From IMG/VR virus record IMGVR_UViG_2693429623_000009: a DNA stretch of 15,670 nucleotides; one strand, given 5' to 3'. The position numbers and the translations under genes were made by a program. This document shows positions 1-9,800 of the stretch, one piece after another (the first letter of the stretch is position 1; each line of letters opens with the position of its first letter). The notes below the pieces were generated by a model that saw nothing but the letters and a program-made list of their open reading frames with translations, was not told the origin of the DNA and made no database searches. The DNA comes from a virus (taxonomy: Duplodnaviria; Heunggongvirae; Uroviricota; Caudoviricetes).

Positions 1-1
1 G

Positions 2-109
2 GCGAATTACCGTCTTATATCACTGGCGCTGACATCTCCGGATGACGGGGGCAGCTGTTATCTCTGGCTCAACCGTGGGCAACCACCCGCAGTTAACCGG
101 CGACGATAA
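2..109 (+). CDS. FII: Head-tail joining protein FII-like, 3' end only (start lies upstream of the window)
   Basis: Frame 2 reads ...TSPDDGGSCYLWLNRGQPPAVNRRR then TAA at 107-109, which matches my recollection of the lambda FII C-terminus (...SPDDGGSCHLWLGRGVPPAVNRRR). It sits immediately upstream of Z, as in lambda. Confidence 0.65.
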   Translation, partial: ANYRLISLALTSPDDGGSCYLWLNRGQPPAVNRRR

Positions 110-123
110 ACGCAGGGTGAATT

Positions 124-699
124 ATGGCGATAAAAGGGCTTGATCAGGCGATTGACAATCTGAGCCGGGTTCGTAAAAACGCCATTCCGGCTGCTTCTGC
201 AATGACCATTAACCGCGTGGCCACAACGGCGATTAATCAGTCTTCGTCACAGGTTGCCCGGGAAACCAGGGTGAGACGGAAACTGGTAAAGGAACGGTCC
301 AGACTGAAACGGGCGACGGTCAGAAATCCGAATGCCAGAATTATCGTTAACCGCGGTGATCTCCCTGTGATTAAGCTGGGGATCAGAATGCTGGGGCGTC
401 GTCCGAACAGCATACTCAAAGCCGGTCAGCATCGTTATCAGCGGGCATTTATCCAGCGATTAAATAATGGGCGCTGGCATGTTATGCAACGTCTTCCCCA
501 GGCCAGATATGAGGAGGGCAATGACGACAAGGGAAGGAAAAAGCGTAATCGCCTTCCCATTCAGGTGGTGAAAATCCCGATGGCGGCCCCACTGAAACAG
601 GCATTTGATGAGAATGTTGACCGTATCCGGCGTGAACGCCTGCCTAAAGAACTGGCATACGCGCTGAAACAACAACTGAGGATTGCGATAAAACGATGA
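124..699 (+). CDS. Z: Tail completion protein Z (lambda gpZ homologue)
   Basis: 191-aa ORF whose N-terminus (MAIKGL...) and C-terminus (...[25 protein letters not shown]) resemble lambda gpZ as I recall it. Position is between FII and U, and its stop overlaps the U start (ATGA at 696-699). Confidence 0.88.
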   Translation: MAIKGLDQAIDNLSRVRKNAIPAASAMTINRVATTAINQSSSQVARETRVRRKLVKERSRLKRATVRNPNARIIVNRGDLPVIKLGIRMLGRRPNSILKAGQHRYQRAFIQRLNNGRWHVMQRLPQARYEEGNDDKGRKKRNRLPIQVVKIPMAAPLKQAFDENVDRIRRERLPKELAYALKQQLRIAIKR

Positions 700-1091
700 A
701 ACACACTGACATTCGTGCCGCAGTGCTGGATGCACTCGAGCAGCATGAACACGGGGCGACGCTGTTTGATGGTCGCCCCGTTGTTTTTGACGAAGAGGAT
801 TTTCCTGCGATCGCGGTTTATCTGACGGATGCAGAGTATACCGGTGAAGAGCTGGATGCAGATACCTGGCGGGCCACACTGCATATTGAGGTGTTTTTAC
901 CGGCACAGGTACCTGATTCGGAGCTCGATCAGTGGATGGAAAGCCGGATTTATCCGGCGATGACTGCGATCCCTGCACTGGCAGGACTGATTACCACGAT
1001 GGTTACGCAGGGCTATGAGTATCGTCGTGATGACGATATGGCGTTATGGAGCTCTGCGGATCTGACTTATTCCATTACATACGAGATGTGA
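696..1091 (+). CDS. U: Tail terminator protein U (lambda gpU homologue)
   Basis: 131-aa ORF ([15 protein letters not shown]...[10 protein letters not shown]), the same length as lambda gpU and closely similar along its length from memory. It is translationally coupled to Z. Confidence 0.9.
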   Translation: MKHTDIRAAVLDALEQHEHGATLFDGRPVVFDEEDFPAIAVYLTDAEYTGEELDADTWRATLHIEVFLPAQVPDSELDQWMESRIYPAMTAIPALAGLITTMVTQGYEYRRDDDMALWSSADLTYSITYEM

Positions 1092-1098
1092 GGACGAT

Positions 1099-1851
1099 AT
1101 GGCAACACCAAATCCCCTGGAGCCGGTAAAAGGTGCCGGTACCACTCTGTGGGTTTACAACGGCAAGGCTGATGCTTATGCAAACCCGTTGTCAGACGAT
1201 GACTGGCAGCGACTGGCTAAGGTGAAGGATCTGACGCCGGGCGAGATGACGGCTGAATCCTATGATGATAACTACCTGGATGATGAAGACGCGGACTGGA
1301 GCGCGACCGGGCAGGGGCAGAAATCTGCAGGTGATACCAGTTTTACGCTGGCCTGGAAACCGGGAGAGGAAGGCCAGAAAGGGCTTATAGGCTGGTTTGA
1401 AAGCGGCGATGTCCGGGCCTATAAAATCCGTTTTCCGAATGGCACGGTGGATGTGTTTCGTGGCTGGGTCAGCAGTATCGGTAAGGCCGTGACGGCGAAA
1501 GAAGTGATCACCCGCACGGTGAAAGTCACTAACGTGGGTAAACCTTCTGTAGCGGAAGAACGCAGCAAAATTACGCCGGTCAGTGCGATTAAGGTGACGC
1601 CGACATCCGGTACGGTGGCAAAAGGGAAAACAACCACCCTGACGGTTTCTTTTGAGCCGGAAAGTGCAACCGACAAGACGTTCAGAGCGGTTTCCGCCGA
1701 TCCGTCGAAAGCCACCATTAGTGTGAAAGATATGACAATTACGGTAAACGGCGTGGCGACAGGTAAGGTGCAGATCCCTGTGGTGAGCGGAAATGGTCAG
1801 TTCGCCGCAGTGGCTGAAGTCACCGTTACTGAAGCGGGCGCTGCAGGGTAA
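1099..1851 (+). CDS. V: Major tail tube protein V (lambda gpV homologue) with C-terminal Ig-like domain
   Basis: 250-aa ORF with a GAGG RBS just upstream. The N-terminal region ([27 protein letters not shown]...) is lambda gpV-like, and the C-terminal roughly 90 aa ([22 protein letters not shown]...[17 protein letters not shown]) has the Big_2/Ig-like pattern known for the gpV C-terminus. Confidence 0.9.
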   Translation: MATPNPLEPVKGAGTTLWVYNGKADAYANPLSDDDWQRLAKVKDLTPGEMTAESYDDNYLDDEDADWSATGQGQKSAGDTSFTLAWKPGEEGQKGLIGWFESGDVRAYKIRFPNGTVDVFRGWVSSIGKAVTAKEVITRTVKVTNVGKPSVAEERSKITPVSAIKVTPTSGTVAKGKTTTLTVSFEPESATDKTFRAVSADPSKATISVKDMTITVNGVATGKVQIPVVSGNGQFAAVAEVTVTEAGAAG

Positions 1852-1864
1852 ACGGAGGTAATAC

Positions 1865-2296
1865 ATGTTTCTGAAAACAGAACAATTTGAATATAACGGT
1901 GTGTCTGTCACGCTTTCCGAATTGTCTGCGCTGCAGCGTATCGAGCATCTTGCCCTCCTGAAACGGCGTGCAGAACAGGCAGAATCCAGCGGCAACCTGC
2001 AGGTAAGCGTGGAAGATCTCGTCAGAACCGGCGCGTTTCTGGTGGCGATGTCCCTGTGGCATAACCATCCACAGAAAACGCAGTCACCGTCAATGAATGA
2101 GGCCGTGATGAAGATAGAGCAGGAAGTGCTCACCACCTGGCCTGCCGATGCCATTGCCCGGGCGGAAGACGTGGTGTTGTGCCTGTCCGGGATGATCGAA
2201 GCTGTTCGTCCGGATACTGATATTACTGAAGTGGCGAAAAATAACACGCTGACTGATGATGATTTTTCTGCGGGAAAGTCTTCGACGGCGAGCTGA
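1865..2296 (+). CDS. G: Tail assembly chaperone G (lambda gpG homologue)
   Basis: 143-aa ORF (MFLKTEQFEYNGVSVTLSELSALQRIEHLALLKRRAEQ...) preceded by a GGAGG RBS. It contains the slippery heptamer near its 3' end. Confidence 0.9.
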   Translation: MFLKTEQFEYNGVSVTLSELSALQRIEHLALLKRRAEQAESSGNLQVSVEDLVRTGAFLVAMSLWHNHPQKTQSPSMNEAVMKIEQEVLTTWPADAIARAEDVVLCLSGMIEAVRPDTDITEVAKNNTLTDDDFSAGKSSTAS

Positions 2297-2736
2297 ACTT
2301 TGCCCTCAGACTGGCGCGTGAGATGGGGAGACCCGACTGGCGCGCCATGCTTGCCGGGATGACATCCACCGAATATGCCGACTGGCGCCGTTTTTACCGC
2401 ACGCATTATTTTCAGGATACCCAGCTGGATATGCATTTTTCCGGGCTGACGTACGCTGTACTCAGCCTGTTTTTTTGCGATCCGGATATGCATCCCTCTG
2501 ATTTCAGCCTGCTTGTCCCCCGGCATGAGGAAGAGCAGGTGGAGAGGCCGGATGAGGACAAAATGCTGATGCAGAAAGCGGCAGGACTTGCCGGAGGCGT
2601 CCGGTTCGGTGGGGACGGAGGGCGCGATATTTTATCGTCTGCGGATGTGGCGGATGTCATGGTGGATGATGCCGCATTAATGATGGCTTCAGCGGGGATT
2701 CCGGGAGGTGTGAGATATGTCCCAGCCGGTTGGTGA
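1865..2736 (+). CDS. T: Tail assembly chaperone G-T fusion, made by programmed -1 ribosomal frameshift at 2272-2278
   Basis: G GGA AAG lies in the G zero frame at 2272-2278. The -1 frame is open from 2278 (VFDGELNFALRLAREMGRPDWRAML...) to the TGA at 2734-2736, and the T-frame protein resembles lambda gpT. The T stop overlaps the H start. Confidence 0.85.
2272..2278 (+). other. Slippery heptamer GGGAAAG for the G to G-T -1 programmed frameshift
   Basis: X XXY YYZ motif positioned so that GGA and AAG are zero-frame codons of G, about 18 nt before the G stop. This is the same heptamer and placement as in lambda. Confidence 0.85.
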
Positions 2737-5700
2737 TCTTGTTATTGACCTGAGTCTGGATGCTGTCCGTTTCGATGAGCAGATGAGCCGGGTAAGGCGT
2801 CATTTTTCAGGTCTGGATACCGACGCCAGAAAAACCGCCAGTGCTGTTGAACAGGGCCTGAGCCGCCAGGCGCTGGCTGCACAAAAAGCCGGGATTTCCG
2901 TCGGGCAGTATAAAGCGGCCATGCGAACCCTGCCCGCACAGTTTACGGATATCGCCACGCAGCTTGCCGGTGGTCAGAATCCCTGGCTGATCCTGCTGCA
3001 ACAGGGCGGTCAGGTGAAGGACTCCTTCGGCGGGATGATCCCCATGTTCAGGGGGCTTGCCGATGCGATCACCCTGCCGATGGTCGGGGTCACCTCGCTG
3101 GCGGTGGCGACAGGTGCACTGGTGTACGCCTGGTACCAGGGAGATTCCACGCTTTCAGCGTTTAATAAAACCCTGGTTCTTTCCGGTAATCAGTCCGGAC
3201 TGACTGCCGATCGTATGCTGACTCTCTCAAGAGCCGGGCAGGCAGCAGGGCTGACGTTTAACCAGGCGAGAGAGTCACTGGCAGCCCTGGTGAATGCCGG
3301 TGTGCGTGGTGGTGAACAGTTTGATGCCATCAACCAGAGTGTCGCGCGTTTTGCGTCTGCATCCGGTGTGGAGGTGGATAAAGTCGCTGAAGCCTTCGGG
3401 AAGCTGACCACTGACCCGACGTCGGGACTGATGGCGATGGCGCGCCAGTTCCGTAACGTGACGGCAGAGCAGATTGCGTATGTTGCACAGCTGCAGCGTT
3501 CCGGAGACGAGGCCGGGGCATTGCAGGCGGCGAACGATATCGCCACGAAAGGCTTTGATGAGCAGACCCGTCGCCTGAAAGAAAACATGGGAACACTGGA
3601 GACCTGGGCGGATAAAACAGGGAAGGCATTCAAATCGATGTGGGATGCCATTCTGGATATCGGTCGTCCGGAATCCTCAGCGGATATGCTCGCCAGTGCG
3701 CAGAAGGCATTTGATGAGGCGGATAAAAAATGGCAGTGGTACCAGAGTCGGAGCCAGCGCCGCGGTAAAACCTCCTCTTTCCGGGCCAACCTTCAGGGCG
3801 CATGGGATGACCGGGAAAATGCCCGTCTGGGTCTGGCAGCGGCAACGCTGCAGTCGGATATGGAAAAAGCCGGTGAACTGGCGGCAAGGGACAGGGCTGA
3901 GCGTGAGTCGTCACAGCTGAAGTATACCGGAGAGGCGCAGAAGGCGTATGAGCGCCTGCTGACGCCACTGGAGAAATATACCGCCCGGCAGGAAGANGCC
4001 ATGCGTATGCTGCCTGCACAGTTCACCGACGTGGCCACGCAGCTTGCAGGGGGGCAGAATCCCTGGCTGATCCTGCTGCAACAGGGTGGTCAGGTTAAGG
4101 ACTCCTTCGGCGGGATGATCCCCATGTTCAGGGGGCTTGCCGGTGCGATCACCCTGCCGATGGTGGGGGCCACCTCGCTGGCGGTGGCGACCGGTGCGCT
4201 GGCGTATGCCTGGTATCAGGGCAACTCAACCCTGTCCGATTTCAACAAAACGCTGGTCCTTTCCGGTAATCAGGCGGGACTGACGGCAGATCGTATGCTG
4301 GTCCTGTCCAGAGCCGGGCAGGCGGCAGGGCTGACGTTTAACCAGACCAGCGAGTCACTCAGTGCACTGGTTAAGGCGGGGGTAAGCGGTGAGGCTCAGA
4401 TTGCGTCCATCAGCCAGAGTGTGGCGCGTTTCTCCTCTGCATCCGGTGTGGAGGTGGACAAGGTCGCTGAAGCCTTCGGGAAGCTGACCACAGACCCGAC
4501 GTCAGGGCTGACAGCGATGGCACGCCAGTTCCATAACGTGACGGCGGAGCAGATTGCGTATGTTGCTCAGTTGCAGCGTTCCGGCGATGAAGCCGGGGCA
4601 TTGCAGGCGGCGAACGAGGCCGCAACGAAAGGGTTTGATGACCAGACCCGCCGCCTGAAAGAGAACATGGGCACGCTGGAGACCTGGGCAGACAGGACAG
4701 CACGGGCATTCAAATCCATGTGGGATTCGGTGCTGGATATTGGTCGCCCGGACACTGCCCAGGGAATGCTGGAGAAAGCAGAAAAGGCTTTTGATGAGGC
4801 GGACAAAAAATGGCAGTGGTATCAGAGCCGGAGCCACCGGCGCGGTAAAACCTCAGCATTTCTTGCCAATCTCCGGGGAGCATGGGAGGACAGAGCGAAT
4901 GCGCAACTTGGGCTTTCAGCCGCCACGTTGCAGGCCGATCTTGAAAAGGCCAGAGAGATGGCAGCAAAGGACTGGGCCGAGTCTGAGGCATCACGGCTGA
5001 AATATACCGAAGAGGCGCAGAAGGCTTACGAACGGCTGCAGACGCCGCTGGAGAAATATACCGCCCGTCAGGAAGAACTGAACAAGGCACTGAAAGACGG
5101 GAAAATCCTGCAGGCGGATTACAACACGCTGATGGCGGCGGCGAAAAAGGATTATGAAGCGACGCTGAAAAAGCCGAAACAGTCCGGCGTGAAGGTGTNC
5201 CCGACGTCGGGGCTGACGGCGATGGCACGCCAGTTCCATAACGTGACGGCGGAGCAGATTGCGTATGTTGCTCAGTTGCAGCGTTCCGGCGATGAAGCCG
5301 GGGCATTGCAGGCGGCGAACGAGGCCGCAACGAAAGGGTTTGATGACCAGACCCGCCGCCTGAAAGAGAACATGGGCACGCTGGAGACCTGGGCAGACAG
5401 GACTGCACGTGCATTCAAATCCATGTGGGATGCGGTGCTGGATATTGGTCGTCCTGATACCGCGCAGGAGATGCTGATTAAGGCAGAGGCTGCGTTTAAG
5501 AAAGCAGACGACATCTGGAATCTGCGCAAGGATGATTATTTCGTTAACGATGAAGCACGGGCGCGTTACTGGGATGATCGTGAAAAAAAACGCCTGGAGC
5601 GGGATGCAGCCCAAAAGAGGGTAGATCAACAGCGTCAACAGGACAAAAATGCGCAGCAGCAGAGCGATACCGAAGCGTCACGGCTGAAATATACCGAAGA

Positions 5701-7398
5701 GGCGCAGAAGGCTTACGAACGGCTGCAGACGCCGCTGGAGAAATATACCGCCCGTCAGGAAGAACTGAACAAGGCACTGAAAGACGGGAAAATCCTGCAG
5801 GCGGATTACAACACGCTGATGGCGGCGGCGAAAAAGGATTATGAAGCGACGCTGAAAAAGCCGAAACAGTCCGGCGTGAAGGTGTATGCGGGCGATCGTC
5901 AGGAAGACAGTGCTCATGCGGCCCTGCTGACGCTTCAGGCAGAACTCCGGACGCTGGAGAAGCATGCCGGAGCAAATGAGAAAATCAGCCAGCAGCGCCG
6001 GGATTTGTGGAAGGCAGAAAGTCAGTTCGCGGTACTGGAGGAGGCGGCNNNNNNNNNNNNNNNNNNNNNNNNNNNNNNNNNNNNNNNNNNNNNNNNNNNN
6101 NNNNNNNNNNNNNNNNNNNNNNNNNCCTGAAAGACGGGAAAATCCTGCAGGCGGATTACAACACGCTGATGGCGTCGGCAAAAAAGGATTATGAGTCGAC
6201 GCAGAAAAAGCCGTCCGGTGTGAAGGTGTCTGCCGGTGAGCGCCAGGAAGACCAGGCGCATGCAGCCCTGCTGGCGCTTGAAACTGAGCTCAGGACGCTG
6301 GAGAAGCACAGCGGTGCGAATGAAAAAATCAGCCAGCAGCGCCGTGATTTATGGAAAGCGGAAAATCAGTATGTGGTCCTGAAAGAGGCCGCCACGAAAC
6401 GGCAGTTATCTGAGCAGGAAAAATCCCTGCTGGCCCATGAGAAAGAAACGCTGGAGTACAAACGCCAGCTGGCTGAGCTGGGCGACAAGATTGAACACCA
6501 GAAACGGCTGAATGAGCTGGCACAGCAGGCGGCGCGGTTTGAACAGCAGCAGAGCGCGAAGCAGGCGGCAATCAGCGCAAAAGCCCGCGGACTCACCGAC
6601 CGTCAGGCGCAGCGGGAGTCGGAAGAGCAGCGCCTTCGTGAGGTGTACGGTGATAATCCGGCTGCGCTGGCGAAGGCCACATCTGCACTGAAGAACACCT
6701 GGTCTGCGGAGGAGCAGCTTCGTGGAAGCTGGATGGCCGGGATGAAGTCCGGCTGGGGCGAGTGGGCGGAAAGTGCGACGGACAGTTTTTCGCAGGTTAA
6801 AAACGCGGCCACGCAGACCTTTGACGGTATTGCACAGAATATGGCAGCGATGCTGATCGGCAGCGAACAGAACTGGCGTGGTTTCACCCGTTCTGTGCTG
6901 TCCATGCTGACAGAGATTTTTCTGAAGCAGGCGATGGTGGGGATAGTCGGGAGTATCGGCAGCGCCATTGGCGGTGCTTTCGGTGGTGGTGCGTCTGCCT
7001 CCACGGGGACGGCCATTCAGGCTGCGGCGGCGAACTTCCATTTCGCGACCGGGGGATTTACGGGGACGGGGGGTAAATATGAACCTGCGGGGATTGTTCA
7101 TCGCGGGGAGTTTGTCTTCACGAAGGAGGCGACCAGCCGGATTGGTGTCGGCAATCTGTACCGCCTGATGCGGGGCTATGCGGAAGGTGGTTATGTCGGC
7201 GGTGCCGGAAGTCCGGCGCAGATGCGGNGCATTAATTTTAATCAGAACAATCACGTGGTGATTCAGAACGACGGCCCCAACGGGCGGGCAGGGCCGCAGC
7301 TGATGAAAGCGGTGTATGAGATGGCCCGCAAGGGGGCACAGGATGAACTCCGGCTGCAGTTGCGTGATGGCGGTATGTTATCAGGGAGCGGTGGATGA
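2717..7398 (+). CDS. H: Tail tape measure protein H (lambda gpH homologue), interrupted as assembled by N-delimited overlapping segments
   Basis: ATG at 2717 with a GGGAGG RBS, overlapping the T stop. The N-terminus (MSQPVGDLVIDLSLDAVRFDEQM...) and C-terminus (...GGKYEPAGIVHRGEFVFTKEATSRIGVGNLYRLMRGYA...RDGGMLSGSGG) are gpH-like, and the stop overlaps the M start (ATGA). Internal structure is not colinear: single N at 3997, 5199 and 7228, and an N run at 6049-6125 that breaks the frame. Total span is about 1560 codons. Confidence 0.85.
2921..5076 (+). repeat. Two tandem, in-frame diverged copies of a 1080-bp tape-measure segment (2921-3996 and 4001-5076) joined at an N (3997)
   Basis: Base-by-base comparison at offset 1080, for example 3421-3780 against 4501-4860, gives roughly 85-90% identity by eye. 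The second copy is nearly identical to lambda gpH as I recall it, and the first is a diverged allele. Confidence 0.8.
5200..6048 (+). repeat. Third overlapping tape-measure segment that re-starts about 705 bp back in the gene after the N at 5199
   Basis: 5200 to about 5450 is near-identical to 4495 to about 4745, and 5678-5885 is identical to 4991-5198. The segment then runs into the N gap. Confidence 0.8.
6049..6125. other. Assembly gap (77 N) inside the tape measure gene
   Basis: Run of n characters. The flanks overlap: 6127-6398 is a diverged copy (about 85% by eye) of 5777-6048. Confidence 0.95.
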
Positions 7399-7724
7399 AA
7401 ACCTTTCGCTGGAAAGTGAAGCCGGATATGGAGGTGAACTCGCAGCCATCGGTGCGTGAAGTGCGTTTTGGTGACGGGTACTCACAGCGTATGGCGGCAG
7501 GGCTGAATGCTGACCTGAAAACATACAGGGTGACGCTTTCCGTGACCCGGGAGGAGGCCCGGCATCTGGAAGCGTTCCTGGCAGAGCACGGTGGCTGGAA
7601 GGCATTTTTGTGGAAGCCACCCTATGCATACCGGCAGATAAAGGTGACCTGTGCCGGGTGGTCTGCGCGGGTCGGGATGTTGCGCGTTGAGTTCAGCGCG
7701 GAGTTTAAGCAGGTGGTGAACTGA
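7395..7724 (+). CDS. M: Tail tip protein M (lambda gpM homologue)
   Basis: 109-aa ORF (MKTFRWKVKPDMEV...RVEFSAEFKQVVN), the same length as lambda gpM and closely similar from memory. Start overlaps the H stop and stop overlaps the L start (TGATG). Confidence 0.9.
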   Translation: MKTFRWKVKPDMEVNSQPSVREVRFGDGYSQRMAAGLNADLKTYRVTLSVTREEARHLEAFLAEHGGWKAFLWKPPYAYRQIKVTCAGWSARVGMLRVEFSAEFKQVVN

Positions 7725-8422
7725 TGCAGGATATTCGCGAAGAAAGTCTGAACGAGTCGGTTAAGTCAGAGCAGTCACCGCGGGTGGTACTCTGGGAAAT
7801 CGACCTGACGGTACAGGGTGGTGAGCGGTATTTTTTCTGTAATGAGCTGAATGAAAAAGGGGAGCCGGTCACCTGGCAGGGGCGTAAGTATGAGGCATAC
7901 CCGATTGACGGCAGCGGCTTTGAGATGAACGGCCGGGGCAGCAGTGCCAGACCGTCGCTGACGGTGTCCAATCTGTTCGGTCTGGTCACCGGGATGGCGG
8001 AAGACCTGCAGAGTCTGGTGGGGGCCACGGTGGTCCGCCGCCGGGTGTATGCCCGTTTTCTGGATGCGGTGAATTTCGTTGCGGGCAATCCGGAGGCGGA
8101 CCCGGAGCAGGAGCTGAGTGACCGCTGGGTGGTGGAGCAGATGTCGCAGCTGACAGCCATGACGGCCTCGTTTGTGCTGGCTACACCGACCGAGACGGAC
8201 GGGGCGCTGTTTCCCGGTCGCATCATGCTGGCGAACACCTGTATGTGGGATTACCGGGGAGATGAATGCGGGTATAACGGTCCTGCGGTGGCGGATGAGT
8301 TCGACAACCCCACCACGGATATCCGTAAGGACAGATGCAGCAAGTGCATGCGCGGGTGTGAACTGCGCAGGAATGTCGGCAATTTTGGCGGTTTCCTTTC
8401 CATTAATAAACTTTCGCAGTAA
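7724..8422 (+). CDS. L: Tail tip protein L (lambda gpL homologue)
   Basis: 232-aa ORF (MQDIREESLNE...GNFGGFLSINKLSQ), the same length and synteny as lambda gpL, with the C-terminal Cys cluster (CSKCMRGC). Confidence 0.9.
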   Translation: MQDIREESLNESVKSEQSPRVVLWEIDLTVQGGERYFFCNELNEKGEPVTWQGRKYEAYPIDGSGFEMNGRGSSARPSLTVSNLFGLVTGMAEDLQSLVGATVVRRRVYARFLDAVNFVAGNPEADPEQELSDRWVVEQMSQLTAMTASFVLATPTETDGALFPGRIMLANTCMWDYRGDECGYNGPAVADEFDNPTTDIRKDRCSKCMRGCELRRNVGNFGGFLSINKLSQ

Positions 8423-8432
8423 ATCCCGGTTT

Positions 8433-9176
8433 ATGACACAGACTGAATCAGCGATTCTGGCACATGCCCGGCGGTGTGCGCCTGCGGAGTCGTGCGGCTT
8501 CGTGATAAGCACGCCGGAGGGGGAGCGGTATATCCCTTGTGTGAATATTTCCGCAGAGCCGGAGGCGTATTTTCGTATCGCACCGGAAGACTGGCTGCGG
8601 GCAGAGATGCAGGGGGAGATTGTGGCACTGGTCCACAGTCATCCCGGTGGGCTGCCCTGGCTGAGCGAGGCTGACCGGCGGTTGCAGATAAAAAGCGCAC
8701 TGCCCTGGTGGTTGGTCTGCCGGGGTGACATTCACAAATTCCGCTGTGTGCCACATCTGACAGGACGGCGCTTTGAGCACGGGGTGACGGACTGTTACAC
8801 GCTGTTCCGGGATGCTTATCATCTGGCGGGGACTGAAATGCCGGATTTTCATCGCGAGGATGACTGGTGGCGCAACGGTCAGAACCTTTACCTGGACAAT
8901 ATGGCGGTCACCGGCTTTTACCGGGTGCCCCTGTCCTCTGCACAGGCGGGCGATATTCTGCTGTGCTGCTTTGGTGCTTCGGTACCGAACCATGCCGCCA
9001 TTTACTGCGGCAACGGTGAGCTGCTTCACCATCTGCCTGAACAACTGAGTAAACGGGAGAGGTATTCCGAAAAATGGCAACGACGAACGCATTCAGTCTG
9101 GCGTCACCGCCACTGGCACGCATCTGCCTTCACGGGGATTTACAACGATTTGGCCGCCGCCTCAGCCTGTATGTGA
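8433..9176 (+). CDS. K: Tail tip assembly protein K (lambda gpK homologue) with JAB/MPN-like and NlpC/P60-like motifs
   Basis: ATG at 8433, 11 nt after the L stop (MTQTESAILAHARRCAPAESCGF...). It contains an HSHP...SEAD motif (JAMM-like) and a C-terminal Cys/His region. The six-frame ORF extends upstream to 8172 but that part overlaps L. The 3' end overlaps I by 103 nt, as in lambda. Confidence 0.82.
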   Translation: MTQTESAILAHARRCAPAESCGFVISTPEGERYIPCVNISAEPEAYFRIAPEDWLRAEMQGEIVALVHSHPGGLPWLSEADRRLQIKSALPWWLVCRGDIHKFRCVPHLTGRRFEHGVTDCYTLFRDAYHLAGTEMPDFHREDDWWRNGQNLYLDNMAVTGFYRVPLSSAQAGDILLCCFGASVPNHAAIYCGNGELLHHLPEQLSKRERYSEKWQRRTHSVWRHRHWHASAFTGIYNDLAAASACM

Positions 9177-9754
9177 ACACGGCAGCGGAAGCCATTCGCG
9201 CCCTGTCGATGCAGATGCCGGGCTTTCGCCGTCAGATGAACGAAGGCTGGTACCAGATACGTATTGCCGGTTATGACACGGCACCGGAGGCGGTGTACGC
9301 CCGTCTTCACGAACAGCTGGGTGAGGGAACGGTCATCCACATTGTGCCGCGACTGGCCGGGGCCGGAAAGGGTGGACTGCAGATTGTGCTGGGGGCGGCA
9401 GCCATCGTGGGCTCTTTCTTCACTGCCGGGGCATCAATGGCGTTATGGGGTTCAGCCCTGGCAGCCGGTGGTTTTTCTGCCACCACGATGCTGTTTTCAC
9501 TTGGAGCCAGCATGATTCTGGGCGGTGTGGCCCAGATGCTGGCCCCGAAGGCAAAAACACCGGATTACCGCGCAACGGATAACGGCAGACAGAACACGTA
9601 CTTTTCCTCACTGGATAACATGATTGCCCAGGGGAACCCGATGCCGGTGCCTTACGGGGAAATGCTGGTTGGCTCCCGCCGTATATCCCAGGACATCAGC
9701 ACCCGTGATGAAGGCGGGGGCGGAAAGGTCGTGGTTATCGGGCGGCAGGGGTAA
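9074..9754 (+). CDS. I: Tail tip assembly protein I (lambda gpI homologue)
   Basis: 226-aa ORF starting inside the K 3' end, matching the lambda K/I overlap arrangement. It has a Gly/Ala-rich hydrophobic central segment and ends ...GGGGKVVVIGRQG. Confidence 0.82.
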   Translation: MATTNAFSLASPPLARICLHGDLQRFGRRLSLYVNTAAEAIRALSMQMPGFRRQMNEGWYQIRIAGYDTAPEAVYARLHEQLGEGTVIHIVPRLAGAGKGGLQIVLGAAAIVGSFFTAGASMALWGSALAAGGFSATTMLFSLGASMILGGVAQMLAPKAKTPDYRATDNGRQNTYFSSLDNMIAQGNPMPVPYGEMLVGSRRISQDISTRDEGGGGKVVVIGRQG

Positions 9755-9768
9755 AAAGAATAAAAAAA

Positions 9769-9800
9769 TCCCGCAGTGATCGCGGACAGGAACTGCGGGA
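9769..9800 (-). terminator. Candidate intrinsic terminator for a leftward (minus-strand) transcript
   Basis: An 8-bp stem (TCCCGCAG at 9769-9776 pairs with CTGCGGGA at 9793-9800) with a 16-nt loop. On the + strand it is preceded by A7 at 9762-9768, so on the minus strand the hairpin is followed by a U run. Confidence 0.4.

Noticed and set aside
460-978. 172-aa and 107-aa minus-strand ORFs overlapping Z and U
   Set aside because: Antisense shadow ORFs inside conserved genes with Pro/Arg-rich composition and no independent support.
1192-2526. 444-aa minus-strand ORF spanning V, G and T
   Set aside because: It is antisense to three well-supported tail genes, has an Arg/Cys/His-rich low-complexity translation typical of the reverse frame of GC-rich coding DNA, and has no RBS or homology signal.
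2921-5076. Interpreting the tape-measure repeats as a genuine tandem in-frame duplication
   Set aside because: Not fully excluded, but every repeat junction coincides with an N character and the segments alternate between two alleles, which is much more typical of scaffolding paralogous prophages than of biology.
6007-6130. ORF fragments beginning or ending inside the N run (for example 6007-7398 starting MEGRKSVRGTGGGG, and the 2717-6130 stop)
   Set aside because: Their start and stop are artefacts of translating through the gap. They are pieces of H.
8172-8432. Upstream extension of the K ORF to an ATG at 8172
   Set aside because: That part overlaps the 3' third of L in another frame. The ATG at 8433 just after the L stop matches the lambda gene arrangement.
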